Under the pieces are notes generated by a model. It made no database searches. It was given only the letters and a program-made list of their open reading frames with translations, and had not been told where the DNA came from. Source: Mobula hypostoma (taxonomy: Eukaryota). From it: DNA of 64,000 nt. The stretch covers positions 61,196,001 to 61,260,000 of the forward strand of contig NC_086097.1 of assembly GCF_963921235.1 (NCBI RefSeq). Reading direction: 5' to 3'. Numbering within the stretch: position 1 is the stretch's first letter; each line of letters begins with the position of its first letter. Positions 59,551-64,000 of the stretch are shown here, piece after piece. Made by a program: the position numbers and the translations under genes.

Positions 59551-61519
59551 CTTAGAGTATTGTGTGCCATTTTGGTCAACTGCCTACAGGAAAGATGTAA
59601 ATAAGAGTGAAAGGATACAGAGAAAATTAAATATAAAGTTGCTGAGTTGGAGGACCTGAGTTATAAGGAAAGATGAACTAGGTCAGGACTATTCCTTAGA
59701 ACATAGAAGATTGAGAGGAGATTTGATAGATGTATAAAAATTTACGAGGGGCTAGATAAGGTAAATGCAAGTAGGCTTTTTCCACTGATGTTGTGTGGGG
59801 CTACAAACAGAGGTCATAGGTTAAGGCTGAAAGGTGAAGTGTTTGCAGTAGATGTAATGTATATGGATTTCAGCAAGGTATTTGATAAGGTACCCCATGC
59901 CAGGCTTATTGAGAAAGTGAGGAGGCATGGGATCCAAGGGAACACTGTTTTGTGGATTGCCCACAGAAGGATGGGTTGGTAAATTTGCTGATGACACAAA
60001 GGTTGGGGGTGTTGTGGATAGTGTGGAAGGCAGTCAGAGGCTACAGAGGGACATTGATAGGATGCAAAACTAGGCAGAGAAGTGACAGATGGAGTTCAAC
60101 ACAAATAAGTGTCAGGTGGTTTATTTTGGTAGGTCAAATATGATGGCAAAATATAGTATTTATGGTAAGACTCTTGGCAGTGTGGAGGATCAGAGGGATC
60201 TTGGGGTCCGTGTCCATAAGATGCTTAAAGCTGCTCCACAGGTTGACTCTATGGTTAAGAAGGCATACAGTGCATTGGCCTTCATCAATCATGGGATTGA
60301 GTTTCGGAGCCAGGAGATAATGTTGCAGCTATATAGGATGCTGGTCAGACACCACTTGGAGTACTGTGCTCAATTCTGGTCGCCTCACTACGGGAAGGAT
60401 GTGGAAACCATAGAAATTGTGCAGAGGAAATTTACAAGGATGTTGCCTGGATTGGGGAGCATGCCTTATGAAAATAGGTAGAGTAAACTTGGCCTTTTCT
60501 CCTTGGAGCGACAGGATGAGAGGTGACCTGATAGAGGTGTAGAAGATGATGAGAGGCATTGATCATGTGGATAGTCAGAGGTTTCTTCCCAGGGCTGAAA
60601 TGGTTGCCACAAGAGGACACAGTTTTAAGGAGCTTGGACGTTTTTTATGCAGAGAGTGGTGAGTGCATGGAATGGGCTGCCGGCAACAGTGCCAGAGGCA
60701 GATACAATAGGGTCTTTTAAGAGACTCCTGGACAGATACATGCAGCTCAGAAAAATAGAGGGCTATGGGTAACCCTAGGTAATTTTTATAGTAAGGACAT
60801 AGTCGGCACTGCTTTTTGGCCTGTATTGGGCTGAGAATGTGGAACAAGCTGCCAGCACAAGTGCTGCATTCGAGCTCATTTGGTTAAACACATAGATGGT
60901 AGGGGTATGGAGGGCTCTTTTTCCAGTGGAGGTCGACTAGGGCAGGCATTTTAAATAGTTTTCATGAAGGTCCTGTTTCCATGCTGTACATTTCTATGAC
61001 TCTATGACTCTGTTATGGGCTTAGAGTATGGCATGATGTGTGTGAATTCTTTAAGCCAAGCATCATTTATTGTGGTCAAACCTTGATGCACAAGTATTAT
61101 ACAAGTGTGCTGAGAAAACTCAAACAGTGGTGTATGCTCCAAGGTCAAAGATGTGTCACAGTTGTGTTTTTTTTTAGGATTTATCAACTACTGGTTCACT
61201 CTTTGAACTTATTACTACAGATCAGGAAGGAATGTCAATGAACAAAGCAGAGTGATGTGACTTTCAAAAGCTAAAGGAAATGCTGCTGTCAAACACTATA
61301 CTCACACATTATGATCCACATTGCCCAGTGACATCTGCCAGTGATGGCCTACCTTATTGTACAGGTACAGTCACGTCACATGTTGTGATGGAAGTGAACA
61401 TCCTGAAAGCCTTTGCATCATGTTCCCTTACTGCTGCAGAGAAATATTATGCACAGATTTACAGAGTGGCATGGAGTCTGATTTGGGATGTAAAACTTTT
61501 CAACCTTTACTTGTATGGC

Positions 61520-61931
61520 AGAGAGAAGAGGTGGTTCTGGTGGTCTCCCTTGCATGGCTTGTCTACACAATGCCACCATCATCCTCACCAAGATGTTGTC
61601 TTTAACCCTTGCCTTACCACAACTCCTACAGTTCTTTCTTCTTCTTCTTCGGCCCTTTGAACTTTACACCTATTACCTCCCAGCTTCTCACATCATTCCC
61701 TTTCATCTCCCCTCAGCCACCCACCTCCCTTCGGCATTCACTTATCACCCACGTCCTCATGCTTTTCCGTCTCCAGCACCTCTTACTCTAGCATCCGCCT
61801 TTTTCCAATTCTAATGGAACGTCTCACCCAAACTGCTGATTGTTCCTCCCGCTCCATAAGTGCTGTCTGGCCTGTGAATTTCCCCAGTATTTTGTGGGTG
61901 TTACTTAATGTTTCCAGCATCTGCAGAATTT
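61520..61931 (+). mobile_element. Old PLE 3' end with decayed hammerhead region
   Basis: Pyrimidine-rich UTR, then GCTGTCTGGCCTG...TTTCCAGCATCTGCAGAATT, similar to 59110-59190. Confidence 0.55.
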
Positions 61932-62989
61932 GTATCCCTATTCATAAAATATACAATTTTGGGCAATTTTGCTTCCCATTGTTATGGAAATCTCCTTCTT
62001 GCAACATTTTGATTTGATAGTGTCAGGTGAGCTGGTGCTCAACTGCCTGAAGAACAGGGACTTGCACCACATAGCTGGACTCTAAAATGATGTATGCTTA
62101 TTCAAAGCATTTGGATTGGGATATCTGATGCACCTACTCCAGAGAGCTTATCTGATCATTAAATCTTGAAGGAGTGCTGCACCGGAGGATTTCTCCCACC
62201 ACCCCCATTACCTGTGTGCTAACTGTTTATAAGAATTCCATAGACACTCTTTCTTGTGCAATTTTTTATCACCAAATATTTTTTTCAGTTTTGTTTTGAA
62301 AGCCACTATTCAAATTCACTGACAACCAAGATTTCAAGTATTCATTGCTGAAAAGAGTATTTCCTCACATTGTTACTTGTTTATCTGTTTGTTTCAATCT
62401 TACCCTCTATTTATCAGTCCTCCTGACACTTAAGATAGTTTTTCTTTATTTGGACTCTTCATGATCTTTAAATACCTCTTCCAATCTCCTGTCAGTCTTC
62501 ACTGGTATAAGAAAAAAATAAATCAAGCTTCTTCAATCTTACCACATGAATACATGCCTGAGACTTTCATGTACATCTATTTGGTGTCCTCTCCAAAAGC
62601 TTCTCAGCCTTTCTAAAGTGTGATATCCAGAAATGGACCAAGTACTCTAGCTGAGGATGAACTTGTGTTTTAAGTAGGTTTAGTAAAATGTAGTCCTTAA
62701 TGACACTTTTTAATCTATTGGGCCAAATATAATTGTCCATTGTAAATCATCTGTGATTGGGCTAAGGTTAAGTAGGTGAGTTGCTGGGTGATACAGCTCA
62801 ATGAGCTAGAAGCGCTATGTCTCTAAATAAAATAAAGAATAAAACTAATTCAATGATTTGTGTGGAAAATCTCTAAATGCCTCAGCTACCTCTGCTTTTG
62901 AGTTGTACCATGTAAGATCGCTTGCCTCTCCACATTCTTACACAAAAACATCTATGTACACCCTGAACAGGAACAAATCCAGCTTTGTA

Positions 62990-63467
62990 TTGTTCTTTGT
63001 GCCTGCTATGCCACTGACATTTAGGGCAGCAATGAAAGTCCTCCATCTCTGTCTGTCCTTAGCCATCTTCTCTATTGTGCCCCACGTATGGTTCAGGGTT
63101 CTCATTTCTGGCTCTTCAATACGCTGCTGAGTTATCTTTTGTCCCCATGTGTCCTCTCAGTTATCACTATTGTCAGTCATGCAGTCCCAGGTGGAAACTC
63201 AGGAATAGTCTTGCTCAGATAGAGAGTTCTTCATTGCTATTTCTCTAACAATATTCTTTGACCAGTCAGGGTGGTTAGCCCTGAGCTGAACCAAAATCTA
63301 GAGGACTGGTGGACCACTCTGAGCCTGGCCTCTAGTCTTCAACTTATTTGGCATGAGTGATCCTACCAAGAATCCAAGGCTCTTAACTCCCACCGCATAG
63401 CTCCCTGGGTCATTCAGGCATGCAAGCTTCCAAACCCTATGACAAGCTTGTGGTCCTCTTGGAGGAT
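62990..63467 (-). mobile_element. Old RTE-like non-autonomous retroposon
   Basis: RTE-type 3' end (RWRTFIAALNVSG) joined to a 5'UTR-like segment containing GGGCTAACCACCCTG. Confidence 0.5.
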
Positions 63468-64000
63468 CTTTACATTGTGCTTGTAGTGAACCTATAACAA
63501 TGATTTCTCACTGTCTTTTCCGTATAATCTGACCACTGCTTAGTGGTTTGGCAGTATTTTTTTTAAACAATTAACTTCATACGATGTCAATTTTCTTGAC
63601 ATCACTGTATTAAAGTAAATGAATTTTATTGGTAAACTAGTAAGGGAATCAAGTTCTTCAGATTGAATAATGATGCACCTAAATTAGATTTATATAAACA
63701 CAGTAGTCTCTCAATAATTTAAACATGCAGTTCTGAAATATTATATCAAATATATTTATTACTTGTCTTTGTAAATCAAAGTGCTCATACCTCCGACTAA
63801 ATTCTCTTTAGGACTCTGCATATCATTTTGTCTTTGTCTTGACATCTTCCTTTCTTCCAGAAATGATGGCTGTGTCTCAGCTTTGCTCCCTGTCAAGATA
63901 TTGTCTTTATTCTCCTGCCACATAAACCTGCTTTGAGCATCATTAACAAAATATTCACTGAATGTTGGAAGAGTATAACTGAATTAATGGCTGAACCATG

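Larger units (their letters stand above)
58258..61012 (+). mobile_element. CR1 3' fragments (58258-58393, 59551-59838, 59839-~60820, ~60826-61012) in Gypsy C
   Basis: LYETLVRPN|LEYC split by Rex1; VDVMYMDFSKVFDKVPH; LYRMLVRHHLEYCAQFWSP; (CTATGACT)n tail. Confidence 0.75.
55015..61520 (+). mobile_element. Gypsy LTR element C (same family as A), decayed, 3'-truncated, with nested LINEs
   Basis: 5' LTR 55015-55256 similar to 46440-46680; gag with CYHCYRGSH..C / CRKCYKVGY; protease IELDI; RT (ICDDLKATIN, CYLDDII ~58165); RNase H (LTHYDP..ASDGLPY..AEKYYAQI). Confidence 0.82.

Noticed and set aside
63250..63467. HDV-like fold in the second RTE-like element
   Set aside because: Complementary segments exist (GGACCAC/GTGGTCC, ACCAGTC/GACTGGT), but I could not place P3 and P1.1 in canonical order.
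1..64000. CRISPR arrays, tRNA/rRNA genes, prokaryotic operons
   Set aside because: None seen. tRNA similarity is limited to primer-binding sites.

Overview
Repeat-dense eukaryotic DNA. The repeat families look like those of a cartilaginous fish, probably a ray (inference). No intact host gene was recognised. The window is a set of nested transposable elements. (1) A young Gmr1-type Gypsy LTR element at 427-5300 (ATGT target-site duplication (TSD), tRNA-Pro PBS) has intact Gag-SCAN-CCHC-protease but only a catalytically gutted, still-open IN/RT tail; a solo LTR of the same family is at 11417-12231. (2) A decayed env-bearing ERV at 10431-28651 has a 5' LTR split by about 14.5 kb of nested insertions: a CR1 that itself carries a Penelope-like element (PLE) and a full-length L1. 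(3) A Tc1-like element hosts two Gypsy elements; in one, most of pol is replaced by an intronless RBM25 mRNA fragment, and it also carries a young CR1 with an open ORF2. (4) Many CR1 and Rex1/Babar fragments and a hAT-like MITE. Structured-RNA signals are three minimal hammerhead motifs in PLE-derived insertions and a candidate HDV-like ribozyme with an unusual L3 hairpin in a 0.6-kb RTE-like non-autonomous element. All calls were made by eye, and the boundaries of old fragments are approximate.
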